A stretch of 64,000 nucleotides of DNA from the NCBI GenBank assembly GCA_030704615.1, contig CM060732.1, positions 75,950,001 to 76,014,000 on the forward strand, written 5' to 3'. Shown in pieces: positions 12,201 through 25,097 of this stretch. The notes beneath the pieces were generated by a model. It was not told where the DNA came from and searched no databases. It worked only from the letters and a program-made list of their open reading frames with translations. Origin of the DNA: Takakia lepidozioides (Eukaryota; Plantae; Bryophyta). Every line of letters begins with the position of its first letter. The stretch's first letter is position 1. The translations under genes were made by a program, and so were the position numbers.

Positions 12201-15200
12201 TGAGCGTTACGGCGAATCTGCTCCCGTGCATCTAGAATGAGAACCATGTCGTAGACTTGCACAAAACTCTCACCCACATCCAGAGGTGGCACTGCCAGCT
12301 CACTACCTCCTAAGGTGCTTGCTTCTCCTTCACCAGTCCTGGAGCTAGCAGGCCCTGCTTTGTTCACCACCAATTCATGCTTCTATTATCTCCTGGACCT
12401 TGCTGAAAACTGTCATCACAGACTCTCAGGCCTATGCATGGGAAGACCAATTAGTAGCTAATCTCTTCTCCCACATCCCCTCCCGCACTGTCTCTGTATC
12501 TCTCCCTACACAGCCCATATCAGAAACTGGAGTAGTCTCACATGTAGCAAAATTGGTGGCTAGAAAGACAAGGCAGCTCCACAAAGAGGTAATAAATTGT
12601 CACAGCCAACACACAAGTGCATTCTGGAATTCTCATAAATTGTAGAGGGAGGTAGGAAGTGTAGATAAACCTGTGTAAGTGGGCATGGCTGGTTCTTTAG
12701 AGGCTGCTGGAGCAGATCGGTACCAAGTTCCATTTGCTGTTGCAGCTCCTGCTACATAGAATAGTCACATTGATTTGAACCAGAAAATTTGCTAAAGGTA
12801 GACTAGACATTTTTTGTGTTGCCTCCAAGAGCTCAAAATGGAGACAATTTTTGTGTCTAACTGCATCCCAAGCCATTCATCCAATTAGTAAACTCAAATA
12901 GCTGTAAGACCTTAAAACCATCATTAACCCAGAATTCTGAGGTTTGGCCATGACAGATGAGTCAAAACCTGCCCTGGGAAGATCCCTTATCCTTGACTTT
13001 TCGGGCCATCCAGTGAAGTCTATTCCTGTTAAATGGAGATGTCATCCTTACCTCTTTCTGATGGAGTAACAGTTGGTGTTCTATCTTTTTCCACCCTGCT
13101 GCCACAGCGCTTGCCTAACAGGAACTCCAAGGCATGTGCCCACAGGTCTTTGTCTGGCAAACCCTCCCCTGTAGCTCGCTGCAATGCAACACGGATCTCT
13201 GGCTCTTTGAATCCCATTGACTTCAGCTGTAACCCCATGATTGCCAAAATGTGGCGGCCTCAGTTTTCCAGAATTTCAATAAACACAACAATTATGAGCC
13301 CACATCTATGTTAAGACACCACAAGCACATTTTACTCACAAATGTACTCTATGCAGAGGGTCTTTGTCAGCTTTCACACAGCCATTCAGTTTCGACCTGC
13401 AACCATCGGACCTTTTTGCAGACGATAGTCAAAGTTCCCTTAAGGTTTCCAGACCATCCATAAGCAGAAAACCCTTAACCAGACCAGGTATCTTTTCACA
13501 TTTGAGGCTTGAGTAATGAATTTTCATACACGAACCCTGTTCATTTCCAAAATGGTGTCTCTTTCCGAAAAACTGCCCACAGTGGCATGTTGGGATCCAC
13601 GCTGAATACTTGAAGAATGTTGTGGGCCTCGAGCATCCTGTTCCCCCAGCGATTCCTGTCTGCAACCCTCATCCCTTTCCATATCCTCCTCCATAGGTGA
13701 ACCCTGGCTAGGATCCTTTTCAGCCCCCAGGCCTGACCTCACCATACAGTCCTGTGCTGTTGTCTTACCCATATCGGTCAGCATGTACCTGAATGGCACC
13801 AAAGGCTATTAGTTAAAACTTGAGTTGTTTTGTAGGTGGTTTGAGGGGTGAGCTCTGGCCTGTCTCTTCCTGCAGTCACAACAAAAAGAGCTTTTGTTTC
13901 TTCCAGCTAATGCCACATCTAGTGAGAAGTATCAGCAGTGATAGTTCTGTAATACATATAGCCCACCCATGACAGGGGGCAGTCACAAGGTGAAGTGGCT
14001 CTTATCTGTTACTTACGCTGGCGTCAGCAAGAGTCATCTTTTTCTATAACACGTACAGCAACAACCCTAATACAGGTTGCCAAAGTTACCATACACAAAG
14101 CCCCATAATTGTGATCGTTGAGTCAGGTCTGGATGTGAAGCATACGTATTTGGAGGTGAGAAGTCAATGGAAGTTGAAGCTGACAGAGCCTCGGGAGACA
14201 GAATAAGGTTAAACTGGAAGGTGGTGGCACTCACTTGGCAGGATTGTTTTTCTTGATCACCAGGCCTTTCTCAATGAGAGTCTTCATGGAGTTCCAGCCA
14301 GAGTACGAATACTGAGGACCAGAACCAAATCTTGGTGGGACAACACCTTTGTTGGGCCTGCTCTTTCCCCACTTCACTTTCAGTACAAAATACTTGATTG
14401 ACCAGAACTACATGGACTACAAATGTACATGGATGGAATCAATCTAAGCCTCTAAGAACCAAGGAGCTCATCCCAGGGCTACTTTCTCTTACTCAATCGG
14501 TAAGCGTGAGAGGCCACTTGCTTCAGCAGCATCAATCAGTTCATGCCTCATCATGTAGACTTTACCTTCCTGCATGGCTCTGCAACACCACCATATTTGC
14601 CATGACATTTCTTCCACAAGGGGTTTTTTCCCTCATAACACTAGAAACATGCTACAAACATAATGAAAACTGTAGCTTGGTCCGTGGTCACAACATTGGC
14701 ACAAACATCTCTATTACTCCCTGTCACTTCTTCTCTCAATGAGTTTTTACTCCCCTTCCTTATTCGGGTTCTCTTCTCCGCAAACAGAACCAGAAAGAAA
14801 AAAGGTAAGGCATACCGACATAAGGTGATCAAAATGGCATAAGGGGCTGAATTCTTCTGAGGCAGATACCGCCTTGGTGCTTTGGGTTGCTTTCCTGCAC
14901 AGGGAGGACACTTCTTGTGAATAAGCACGACAGAGGAAATAAAGTTCTATAAGTTATTGACTAGAGCGTCAACTGCATGGGATTGACAGAAGACTAGATC
15001 TTATGGCATGCTGCAACAGTTGGCCAGCTTGAGAGCTTGTGAGTAGGCTGCAAAAGCAGTTATGTCAGTGTCTATAGTAGCTGACTCAAGGTAATTTTGA
15101 AACTAGTTGGTTGATTTCAACGCTATCAGCATACAGATTGCACGGTTCCCTTCTGCATCTGCAACCCATTACTCATGGATTATTGTGTGGCAATATGACA

Positions 15201-15976
15201 AAATGATGAGTCAGACACACAGGTTATTTGAGTCTCGTCACATGAGCAAAAGACAAATCATATCGAACAGCCTGGTAGTGATTTCAAGTTTATGAATCCT
15301 GAAGTCTAACTAACAGGGAATGTTTGGTTGTTGACGGTTCCTGAGGCCGTCTGTCTGTTACTGTTATCTAAGGTCGCTATAGGACAGAAGACCAAAAATA
15401 GTGCACCTTTTGGACGGGTATCTGCTGCACCACTCGGTTGCTCTTGCTCCCTTTGCTTGCTAAAATATTCTGCTAATAGTTTAAGTAGCCATTTGCCAAA
15501 GCCTCTGCACACAGAATTGCCCAGAAGAAGGCACATTCACATGCTGCCAGAAATGCAGAGGGGTTCCCCACCTTTATTTGAATTTCGGCTCTTATCCTGT
15601 CAATCAACGTCACTCTTTTACATCTGATGATTGCAGAAGAGCTGCACAAGGATCCATTCATGGTCAGAGTACACTCGAATGCAGTACGTTGCACCTGGGA
15701 AAAACACCCAACACCTACCATTGATACTTCCTACACCTGATGATTCAAAATGCAACAGCGTGCCACCCTCAGAATTGCACGCAAGTCTTACTTGATTTTG
15801 CTAGCTTCACGAAGGCTGAGTATGGGTTGCCGGGCTTCACACACGCTTCTGTGAGCTCCGAGAAACGTAGCGTCCAGGCCCTCACTGTACGACTTCTCCA
15901 AATGCTCCTCTCGCTTCTGCACCAGAAACGCTGCAAGTGCTTCATTTCCTGGACACTCCACTCGCCTCGTCTCCAT
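9052..15976 (-). CDS. MUS81: Crossover-junction endonuclease MUS81 (multi-exon)
   Basis: N-terminal METRRVECPGNEALAAFL..LREASKIKGFGKW (HhH), winged-helix YLPQKNSAPYAILITL...SGWNSMKTLIEKGL, ERCC4 nuclease motif FIVERKRVDDLWQSIKDTRYKQQKLRL, EGFDVQRT, C-terminal HhH VRSVTEDMALSILDRYPTL. Last exon 9052-9168 (EGDLAAQEQLL...YRLLWAP*). GT-AG boundaries seen. Confidence 0.95.
9235..9268. repeat. (CT)n microsatellite in the last MUS81 intron
   Basis: Run of CT dinucleotides seen directly. Confidence 0.95.
9279..10326 (+). mobile_element. Second head-to-tail stack of the same LINE family (24-bp stub, ~940-bp copy, ~75-bp copy)
   Basis: 9279-9302, 9313-10252 and 10253-10326 all end in ...ATGA(G/C)TACA(T)TCTCT(C). 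ORF 9850-10164 (CQCPMCGQPEDHIHFLIHCP) is clearly homologous to 4503-4957. Confidence 0.78.
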
Positions 15977-16934
15977 TTTCCCTTCCCCGCCTCTCACCTC
16001 CTTCAGCACCCAAAGACCCACATCCACATCTTCGTTCACGATTGATCCTGCTCAGAGAGAAGCACGAGAATGCCCAGCCTGAGCGTGCCCACCTTCCTAA
16101 ATCCCCTCAAAACCCCGCAGACAACAAGAATCGCGCTCCGCAACGAAGCAAACGTTCGCCCAATCGCTGCACCATTCTCTCTTCTTTTTTGGGTTTTGTT
16201 TCTTTTGGGGGGGAAACTTAGGCAGCCGGAGCTGCCAAATGCAAAATTTCCTCAGCTGCGGTGGCTAGCAGAGATGGAGGATTTCTTTCCGAGATTTATG
16301 TTCCTGGATTTCGATGGAATCCACAAAGGACATTGTGGGGCAGGCTTACCATCCCCTTTGACCCCCAACCGAGGGAGGAGGATATCAAAGCTTCTCTATA
16401 TGCTCATAGAGTCCCCCTTGTCAACAAGTCCTCTACGAGCAATGCTTCCAGAGTTTGTGAGGCTCTGTAGACGGAGGAGAAGGCTCCTTTTGGAGTTTTC
16501 GTTTACTATGGATATGTTCGTCCTCTTTTCGTTTACTACGGATATCGCTAACCAGACCAGCCGAATGCTTATCTTTTTTTTTCTTTTTTAAATTGATCTT
16601 GATGTCAGTTAGAAAGTCGGATGAATTCCTGCATGTACGTTGAGGCTATAGTTTTAAAAGATTCATAAATTAGAAAGCCGCAAAAAGTAAGTTGATGCAG
16701 ACAAACTGATCGAGATCGATCGGACTCATTCATACCCAAATATCCAAACCATTTGGAGAATGGACATCACAATATTTTCTTAAACTCCCCGGAAAAAGGG
16801 TATACAATTGTTACAAAATGTGATACCCTAGAGAGCAGATTGTGGAACTTATTTGAATCCTCCAAAAATGGTCCCCATCGAACTCGCATCCCTGATCTTG
16901 AAGACGGCATAGTGAGCTTCATGTCGACCGGTCC

Positions 16935-17526
16935 TCACGCAGTCACAATCACCCGCAGGCTCATGCCGCCACTTTCACAATCCCCGGGTAGTCCGCTGAT
17001 GAAATAGAAGGTGCCTGCTTTAGAGAGAGTCACGGTGGTAGGAGACCTGGTGTAGGTAGCCAAGGGACCCGCAGCATTGCATGCCAAGTAGTCTGCCACG
17101 ATGACCTCCAGAACATTGTGGACCCCAGTGGCGTAATTGAAGACTAACACACACATATCCAAACAGGGGGCTCAGATCAGTCTCAGGAATATTCTAGAAG
17201 CAGTAGTTTAATTCCTATTGTGCACATGTGCACAGACATACTACATTCATGAAAAAGCCTGGAAATTGAGCCTTCAATAAGTTCTTTTATCATAGCTGGT
17301 CAGTTTACCATGGGCTTGCATGTGCAGATCAGGGCTTACCGAGAGTGTCTCCCACTTTGAAGCGGATGTTGCTGGACCAAATTGGGTAGAAATCACTGGA
17401 GTCACCGGGTGGGTCGGTCCAGCCTATGCTATCTCCCACTGTCCACGTCGCTGCAGTAGCCCCTGCAGGCAGCAGCAGTAGCATTGCTGCGGTCACCATC
17501 ATGGTCATTTTGATGACAGATTCCAT
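16935..17526 (-). CDS. Phytocyanin / plastocyanin-like (early-nodulin-like) secreted protein, 2 exons
   Basis: Exon 17340-17526: signal peptide + WTVGDSIGW...W.SNIRFKVGDTL. Exon 16935-17143: VFNY...HNVLEV...YLACN...VTLSKAGTFYFISGLPGDCESGGMSLRVIV*. Two of the four canonical Cu ligands (C->S, H->D) are substituted. Confidence 0.9.
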
Positions 17527-19375
17527 TGTGGCACTGCACAAGTTTCCACCACCTTCGATAGTCATTTCCCAGTCATTTCATTCAGTCAGTTGACCCGTGT
17601 AGAAGCAAATATCATGCATATTTCTAAGTCTTGACCACATGACTGTGCAGGCAACCAACTTAATGCAATAATTGATAAAGATGCATGAAGGGAGCACAAA
17701 GGATTGAGGAGGAGAAGAAAAAAGCTAGAGATAATGTCTGAGCAGTCCTCATCCTCCCGGCCTAATCGACTACGTCAAACCTGGATCAATCAGAAACTGA
17801 CACAGAAACAGAAATCCAAAAGCTCTGAAAAATGTTACTCACACAATGCGGAATGGGGGCGGAATGTTGAACGGATCGACCAGCCGTCCGTAGTACAGAG
17901 CTTTCAACTTCCGCCGCGGTCTGGATGTGAGGTCTCTCTCAGGAGAGCCACGCCCTTCAGGCGGAAGTAGGATCGATGAAGGGCAGGGTGGTAGAAGCCG
18001 AGGCCTGTAGCTCTTTATATACAGACCTGCTGCTCGGAAGCTGTGCGTACCTCTCTCGGGGGCTGCGATCACCGAGTCTGCCGAGAAATATCTGGAAGCA
18101 GCGGTACACCCAGAATTAGAGGAGATCGTGCAGATAAATAGTATATTCTGTTCAAACTACCGAAAACAAATGAGGTAGTTTGGTTGTATTCTAGAAAAAG
18201 TGTTGGATATTCTGTTTCCCAGTAACAGAATATACTGGAGTGCCACCCAGTTGATTCTGGGTTCACCAGTGTCCATTGTACACCTTCCCACCGAAAAGTG
18301 TGTAGCCCTTCGGCGTGGTTAAGTGACATTTGCTTTTGAACGTATATTATGTATTTTGCATATCCTGTTACTGAGAAAAAGAATATCCAGCACTATTCTT
18401 AGAGTACAACCAAAGTAACTCATTATTTTCGGTAGTTTGAACAGAATATACTATTCATGACCATCTCACGTAAATCTGGGTGTACCGCTGCTCAAGATAT
18501 TTCTCGACAGACTCGGCGATCGCAGCCCCCGAGAGAGTACGCACTCCTGAGCAGCAGATCTGTATTTAAAGAGCTGCAGGCCTATGCTTCTACCATGCTT
18601 CATCGATCCTACTTCTACTTCCTTTTGCAGCAGCAGCGCACACTGGTCGATCCGTTCAACATTCCGCCCTCCTTCCGCATTGTGTGAGTAAGATTTTTAA
18701 GAGCTTTTGGATTCTTGTTTCTGCTGGTCATGAGCTTCTGATTGAGTCAGGCCGTCTGTTGATTGGTCCGGGAGGTTGCTGCTTAGACATTACCTCTAGC
18801 TTCTTTCTTCTGCGAGCTCCTCAATCTTTTGTGCTCCTTTTTCGCATCACTTATGGCATCAGGTTGATTGTCTCCACAATCATGTGGTCGAGACTTAGAA
18901 ATATGCGTTGATATTTGGAGACCTCCATGACACTACAAGAGTTTCCATGTAAAATTTTAATGTAAGCTGTATGGGTAAGGCAACCTGGGCGTCTTGTTTC
19001 ATGATTAAAATGACTATCGAGGGTGGTGGAAATTACTTGTGCAGTGCTACAATGGCATCTTTCATCAAAATGACCACGATGGTAGCCGCAGCAATGCTGC
19101 TGCTGCTGCCTGCAGGGGCTACTGCAGCGACGTGGACAGTGGGTGGTAGCATAGGCTGGACCGACCCACCCAGTAGTGACTACAGTGATTTCTACTCAAT
19201 TTGGTCCAACAGCATCCACTTCAAAGTGGGAGACACTCTCGGTAAGCCCTCATCTGCACATGCTACATTCATGGACGCCCATGGTAAATTGACCAGTTAT
19301 GATAAAAGAAAAGTCTATTGAAGGACCATCAACTTTCAGTATCAATTGATTGTTCATGTAGTATGTCTTTGCGCA
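17225..19375. repeat. Long imperfect inverted duplication (~1-kb arms: ~17225-18235 and ~18359-19375; ~125-bp spacer)
   Basis: Arms are reverse complements over promoter, 5'UTR, exon 1 and part of the intron. The same peptides appear on opposite strands, e.g. LVDPFNIPPxFRIV and DISRQTR. Confidence 0.9.
19052..19241 (+). pseudogene. Truncated phytocyanin duplicate (exon 1 only)
   Basis: MASFIKMTTMVAAAMLLLLPAGATAATWTVGGSIGW...FKVGDTL|gtaag. No exon-2 homolog is found downstream. Confidence 0.8.
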
Positions 19376-21933
19376 ACAGTCCTGGCTTATATGATGGCCT
19401 TGAAAATGATTCCTGGCAAGAAACGCAGATCTCCTCGATCAGTCTTCCCTCCTCGATCAGTCTCGTACGAGGGAACTAGCGAGCCTATTGTTGAATCTCA
19501 CGAAGATTTAATTACTTAAGGACTCTGCTCATGTTCAGCACCCTTTGATCTAATTTAACATTAACTGAAGTACTTGTAACCTATAAAGTAGGCTTGCAGA
19601 CAATTTGCACCTACTTGTTCAAACGAACAAGTAGTCCATCTTGTGGAACATCTCTTCTGAATTAGTTTTCTAGGGTCCAAGATTATTTCTTGCCAGCGAC
19701 ACATCCTTCTGAAAGGACTTTCATGGAAGGATATGAATACGCAGGCCTCCAATTTAGTTCATGTACATACATCTTCCTTTTTAATCATACCTTGGGCACT
19801 TGGAAGCATCTGTCCAGAGTTCTACTATTTTTGTTGTCCGAGTACGAGTGCGAACTTCTTCTGTTGTTGCAGATGCTCAATTGCACGGGTACTTAGGCGA
19901 GTCGCTTTGGCAGCAGATTCAGCCCATTTGGTTGCTTCTAGCTCTCACGGCCTGCTCCCCCTCATTTGTACTCTGGTAAATTGGATGTCCAGTAGTAATT
20001 AAATAGTGGTGTCCCTTTCCGCTAATTAATTAACATTTGAAACAAAAAAAGATGCCCTGTTGAGTATGTACATGTATGTATGAAGCTTCAATTGAAACAA
20101 GATTGGGCACTCATTTATTCCCAGAATGAAATTATGAATGTTGGAATAGTGCAAATTTTGCACTTCTGTGTGCGCCAAAATGGATATTGGAAGATGTGTT
20201 GTTGTAGATAAGACTCAACCTAACATATCAAGATTGAAGCATGTAGTAAAATCATGTATCTGGACCTTCTGGACGCAAAGAAAGAGGTAGGATCAAGAAA
20301 AACCATAGAGTAGTTTAGTTTTTCAACATTTTAAGATGAGTCCCTGGTACACAGAAGATCCAAACATGAGTTCGCAACACTGGATATACGAAAACATTTT
20401 TCCATAGAGCAGGCCAGAAGACTAAATTATTCTAGCTAGTTCTAAACATTGGGCGATAAAGGATTATAACTCACATGTGAAGATCTTGCACCTGACTTCA
20501 AAGTACTCCGGCCCAAGCCAGTGTAAATAAGCTGCGCCACTTCGAAGTTCGCCTTGCGACTGCCCCCTGTCATGGGTGGCCTACATATAGCTCTATGTAT
20601 CTGACATACTTCGCACTAGATTTGGCATTAGGTGGGAGGAACAAAGCTCTTTTTGTTATGACTGCAGGAAGAGACAATATGGCCAGATGTCACCCAGGCT
20701 CAAACCACCTACAAAACAACTCAAGTGTGCTAAAGGCTTTACCAGAAGTTTTTGGTGCCATCCCTAAGGTACATGCTGACCATATGTGTAAGACAACAGT
20801 ATGTACACGACTGTACGGGCTAATCAAGGCCAAAACCTCTTGCACTTGCTCTTACACTGCGTCAGTGATCCCTGTCTTGCAGGCCAGTACGTATCTGCAT
20901 CATGGTATCATGGCACTGCGATCTTTGTGGATGTATCCATGAACAATCACAACTGAGAAAACAGACAGCGTTCTCTTTACGGCCTTCTCGCACACTGACA
21001 GCGCGACACAAAACAACAGGCAACCACAATCTTACAACATTTCTTAGCCTCTTCCATATCCAGATTTATCCAGCTAACCCCCTCACCTACTTACCACAGG
21101 ATTAGATTCATTCACATCCACCTTTCCGCCTCGATTGTCCCACCTTTGACTGGGATTGAAACATATTCCTTCCAAAGCTTCTCTCTGTTGTAATTGGCGC
21201 GTTGTCCCATCCAGTGCTTAGCCGATGCTTATGTCTGTAGTCTGGACAGTGATATTGGAATATTAATCTGTAAGCACCACCATATTGCAGTTGTGCAGCT
21301 CCATACGTTCAAACGCAGCCTCCAAAGACCAAGTTGTAGACACTCGGAAAAACCCTTGTAATGCATTTGCCACTTAGGACAGCCAATTTTGCAGAACTGA
21401 GAAACATGAAGAAAGCAGGACCTGAGCAATTGTCCCACCATAGCGGAGGATCTTTAGAGATGCCGGCGCTGTTCCATGTTCCGTGACTGACCTGAGCAGC
21501 CACAGCCATCAACCCTCCGAAGTACCTTGCAAACTCCACGGAAATGACCCTGAGTTTCCTATTTCTGCCTGCGTAGGAATAATAACCGAGACATGACACT
21601 GAGACATGGCGGTATGAGTCTGAGGTCGAGGACTGGCCACGTCACCGACATGGACTGCCAAATATGACGTGGGATTGGGCAAGGCTCAGTGTTGCGCCGT
21701 CCAGTCATAACAGCCTTCCGGCCAGTCTGTTCCTCCCAGCTGGGTCCTGTGCAACGCTTAGAGATTGAGCAAGCATTTCCATACTCCATTGTCTCGGAGG
21801 GCTGCGAACTTCGTCTCCAATTAGTAATTCTCCAGGTAGATTAGTAATTTCGTTCAGACTGTGGATCCGAGACTGTGGAAAATGCTACCGGAGGACCTGC
21901 TGGCTCGCGTAATATCTAAGTTGCCGCTATTAG

Positions 21934-22213
21934 TGTAACAAGTTACACAGGATCTACTCTCATATATCATTGCATGTATTTAGAGAGAGTGAGGAAAAAC
22001 ATGGATTTAGATATTCTTCTGTAATAATAATTACAATTCTTCTATGTACAAAGAAGACAAAGAACTTCTAGCTACAACTGTTCAAACTAACCGTTGTAAC
22101 CTTTCAGTTGACCAATCGGTGTAACCCTAATCCTTAATACTTCAAGAGTTGTGTCTATTCACCATATCAGATGAAACCTAGAATTATGGATGAGATTATC
22201 TATCATTTCAATA
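21934..22213 (-). repeat. 3' LTR of Copia element 1
   Basis: Direct repeat of 24824-25097; adjacent to the PPT. Confidence 0.95.
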
Positions 22214-24823
22214 CTCCCCCTTAATCTATCCATAATCTAGACCTTGTCAATCTGATAGTAACTGTTCTGAAAGCTAAGCACTCCAAATGCCTCTCTGCAA
22301 TACTCATGCTTGGGCTTCGGAAGAGCCTTAGTTAAAGCATCAGCTAGCATCTCATTAGTGCTACAGTAAACTAGTTCTATCTGACTAGTTTCTATTTTTT
22401 CTCTTATAAAGTGATATCTGAGTTCTATATGCTTTGACCGATCGTGAAACCTAGGATTCTTTGTCAAAGCTATACACGACTGATTATCACAACATAAGAT
22501 AGTAGCTTTTAAGCTTGGGAATCCAAGTCCACTAATTAACTGTCTAAGCCATATTGCCTCCTTAGTTGCATGTGCAGCAACCATATATTCTGCCTCGGTA
22601 CTCGAGAGAGCTATAGTGGTTTGTTTCTTGCTTTGCCACGATATTGCTCCTCCATTCATGCAAAATATATATAACCTGTGACAGAACGACAATTGTCTAC
22701 ATCTGTTGCCCAATCAGCGTCACACCATCCTTGAATAGTATTTGCTGGTGAAGTCTCAACTTGAATCCCGTATCTAAGTCCAAAAATTATAGTGGCTTGA
22801 AGATACCTAAAAAACCGCTTTATAGCAAGTCAATGTTGTTTTCCAGGATTTGCCATAAATTGTGAAACTTGACTTACAGGGAAAGCAAGGTCGGGCCGTG
22901 TACACACCATAATGTACATCAGGCTGCCCACAGCACTCGAATAAGGAATATCTACCATCTTTTCTTGCTCAGATTTACTTTCAGGAGTCATTTCCTTGGA
23001 AAGCTTATTTCCTTGCTCCTCCCATTGCTTCAGTGTGCATGGGACCGCATATGTCTAAATGAATAATTTCGAGCACATCAGTTGCACGAGTACCTCCACC
23101 TTGTGGAAATGCTTGGCAATGTTGCTTCCCTGCCATACAACTCTGGCATACAGACAATTTTTTTAGTCATCCAATTAAACCGATAATCATTTCTTGACTT
23201 TGCATGTCTTTTATGGTTTTCAAATTTAAGTGACCCAATCTCTGATGCCATAGTAGAGCCTAATCTTCCTCTTTTGTTAGTACGGAGAGACCACACTCTG
23301 ATGCAGGAACACCAACACCAATTGGGTATAGTGCACCCTGCAATGAACAAGTGATGGCAGTCGGATTTCCTGCCCTTCTTATGGTACACTTATCTAGTGT
23401 AAACTCGAAGCTTGTTCCAGCTTGAGTCAATTTACCAACGGACAACAAATTCTTTTTCAGCCCTGGTACATGAAGCACATCTTGTACTTCGGTTCTCAAT
23501 CCTGATGTAGTACCGATTGTTACTATGCCCTGTCCTATAGCTTGTTGAGTGCTATCATCTCCCAGATATATTGGTATGGGAGAATCAAAAAGTTTATAGG
23601 AACTGAACCACTCTGTGAGGAGACATATGCTGGGACGCACCAGAGTCCAAATACCATGTATCTTTAGAAATGGTGCCAACAGACAAACAAGCAGTAAACA
23701 ATTGAATACCAATTGAATCACTAGAATTGGCCGTATTAGCTTGGGACTTAAATATCCCGTTGGCTCTATCTGCTGCTTTAATTTTGCATTCAGCAGCGAT
23801 GTGCCCCTTCTTACGACAATAGAAACAAGGCCCTTTCTTTTTTTTGGAGTCATTTCAAACATCAGAGGAGCTTCCACTTTCCTTTATTTCTCTTGTTGGC
23901 TGAATCCATTTTGACTCTGAAAGTTACCTTTGTTCCACCTTTTGTCTTTATTGCCTGGATGGCTTGTGTAAAATACTGAAGATGACGCGTTCCCTTTTCT
24001 CGAGGAACTACTATTCATGGCTTCTTCCTGTTGTAGTCTTCCACATAACGTTGGATAAGACAGTTCAGGGTTGTTGCCCACGGTTGTTACAAATGACCGT
24101 CATGAAGGAGACAAACTCGATAGGAGTTGTATTACAGCCTCATCATCTGAGATCTCCAAACCGGCTGCAACCATGTGGTTTAACATGCCCATGAATTTCT
24201 TCTTGAGCATTAATTGTGTGGCTCTATCAGTATGTTCATAGAGCCTCGTGAAGTATTCCCAAACTTCACTGGCCGTATCAAGATTTCTGACCATCGCTAA
24301 CTGACTGTCTCCGCAGTTCAGAAGGATGTCACACTTGGCTCTAGCATTCTTAAGTTGGGCCTTCTGCTCGTCAGGATCATCTGACCCTGGGTCTTGATCA
24401 ACACCTTTTACTACATTCAGTAAATTTCTTAGCAACAAAATTTCAATTTTTATTTTCCAAATTATAATTTAGTTTTTCAATCATTATGGAACGATGCTCA
24501 GAAGGTACCGATGCCATGGTAGAGTCTGATTGTTAGATCAGATTAGTACCACGGACTAGCAGTGCTTATGGTTGATGGTGTGCACTGATCGTTGGATCAG
24601 GCTAGTACCACAACCAAGTAGAACTGCTTACCCTTCTATTTTGATATCTCTTAATCCTCAATCATATTGATGAAGGACTCGGAAAGATAAGAGAATGAAC
24701 ACATTCCACATGAGAAATTATATCTGTTTTTCTTTGAATCTACTAGAGAATGAGCCCATCATTTTTCTTATTAGAAAGAGAATGCTCATCTCTATCTTTT
24801 CCTCTAATCTAGCTCTGATACCA

Positions 24824-25097
24824 TGTAACAAATTACATAGGATCTACTCTCATACATCATTGCATGTATTTAGAGAGAGTGAGGAAAAACATGGATCTAG
24901 ATATTCTTCTGTAATAATAATTACACTTCTTCTCGTACGAAGAAGAGAAAGAACTTCTAGCTACAACTCACTAACCGTTGTAACCTTTCAGTTGACCAAT
25001 CGGTGTAACCCTAATCCTTGATACTTCAAGAGTTGTGTCTATTCACCATATCAGATGAAACCTAGAATTATGGATGAGATTATCTATCATTTCAATA
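24824..25097 (-). repeat. 5' LTR of Copia element 1
   Basis: Direct repeat of 21934-22213; adjacent to the PBS TGGTATCAGAGC on the minus strand. Confidence 0.95.

Larger units (their letters stand above)
21934..25097 (-). mobile_element. Ty1/Copia LTR retrotransposon, internally deleted (non-autonomous)
   Basis: LTRs 21934-22213 and 24824-25097; 5-bp TSD ATTAG (21929-33, 25098-102); PBS complement GCTCTGATACCA (24812-23, tRNA-iMet); PPT complement CTCCCCCTT (22214-22). Degraded gag, zinc knuckle, protease, GAG-pre-integrase, RT C-terminus and RNase H (WQSKKQTTIALSSTEAEY...DNQS...SKHIELRYHF). The integrase core and RT N-half are deleted near 23035. Confidence 0.95.

Noticed and set aside
19561-21789. 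Short ORFs as a coding gene
   Set aside because: Multiple stops in all frames and no family could be recognised. It may be decayed coding or TE sequence, but no call can be supported.
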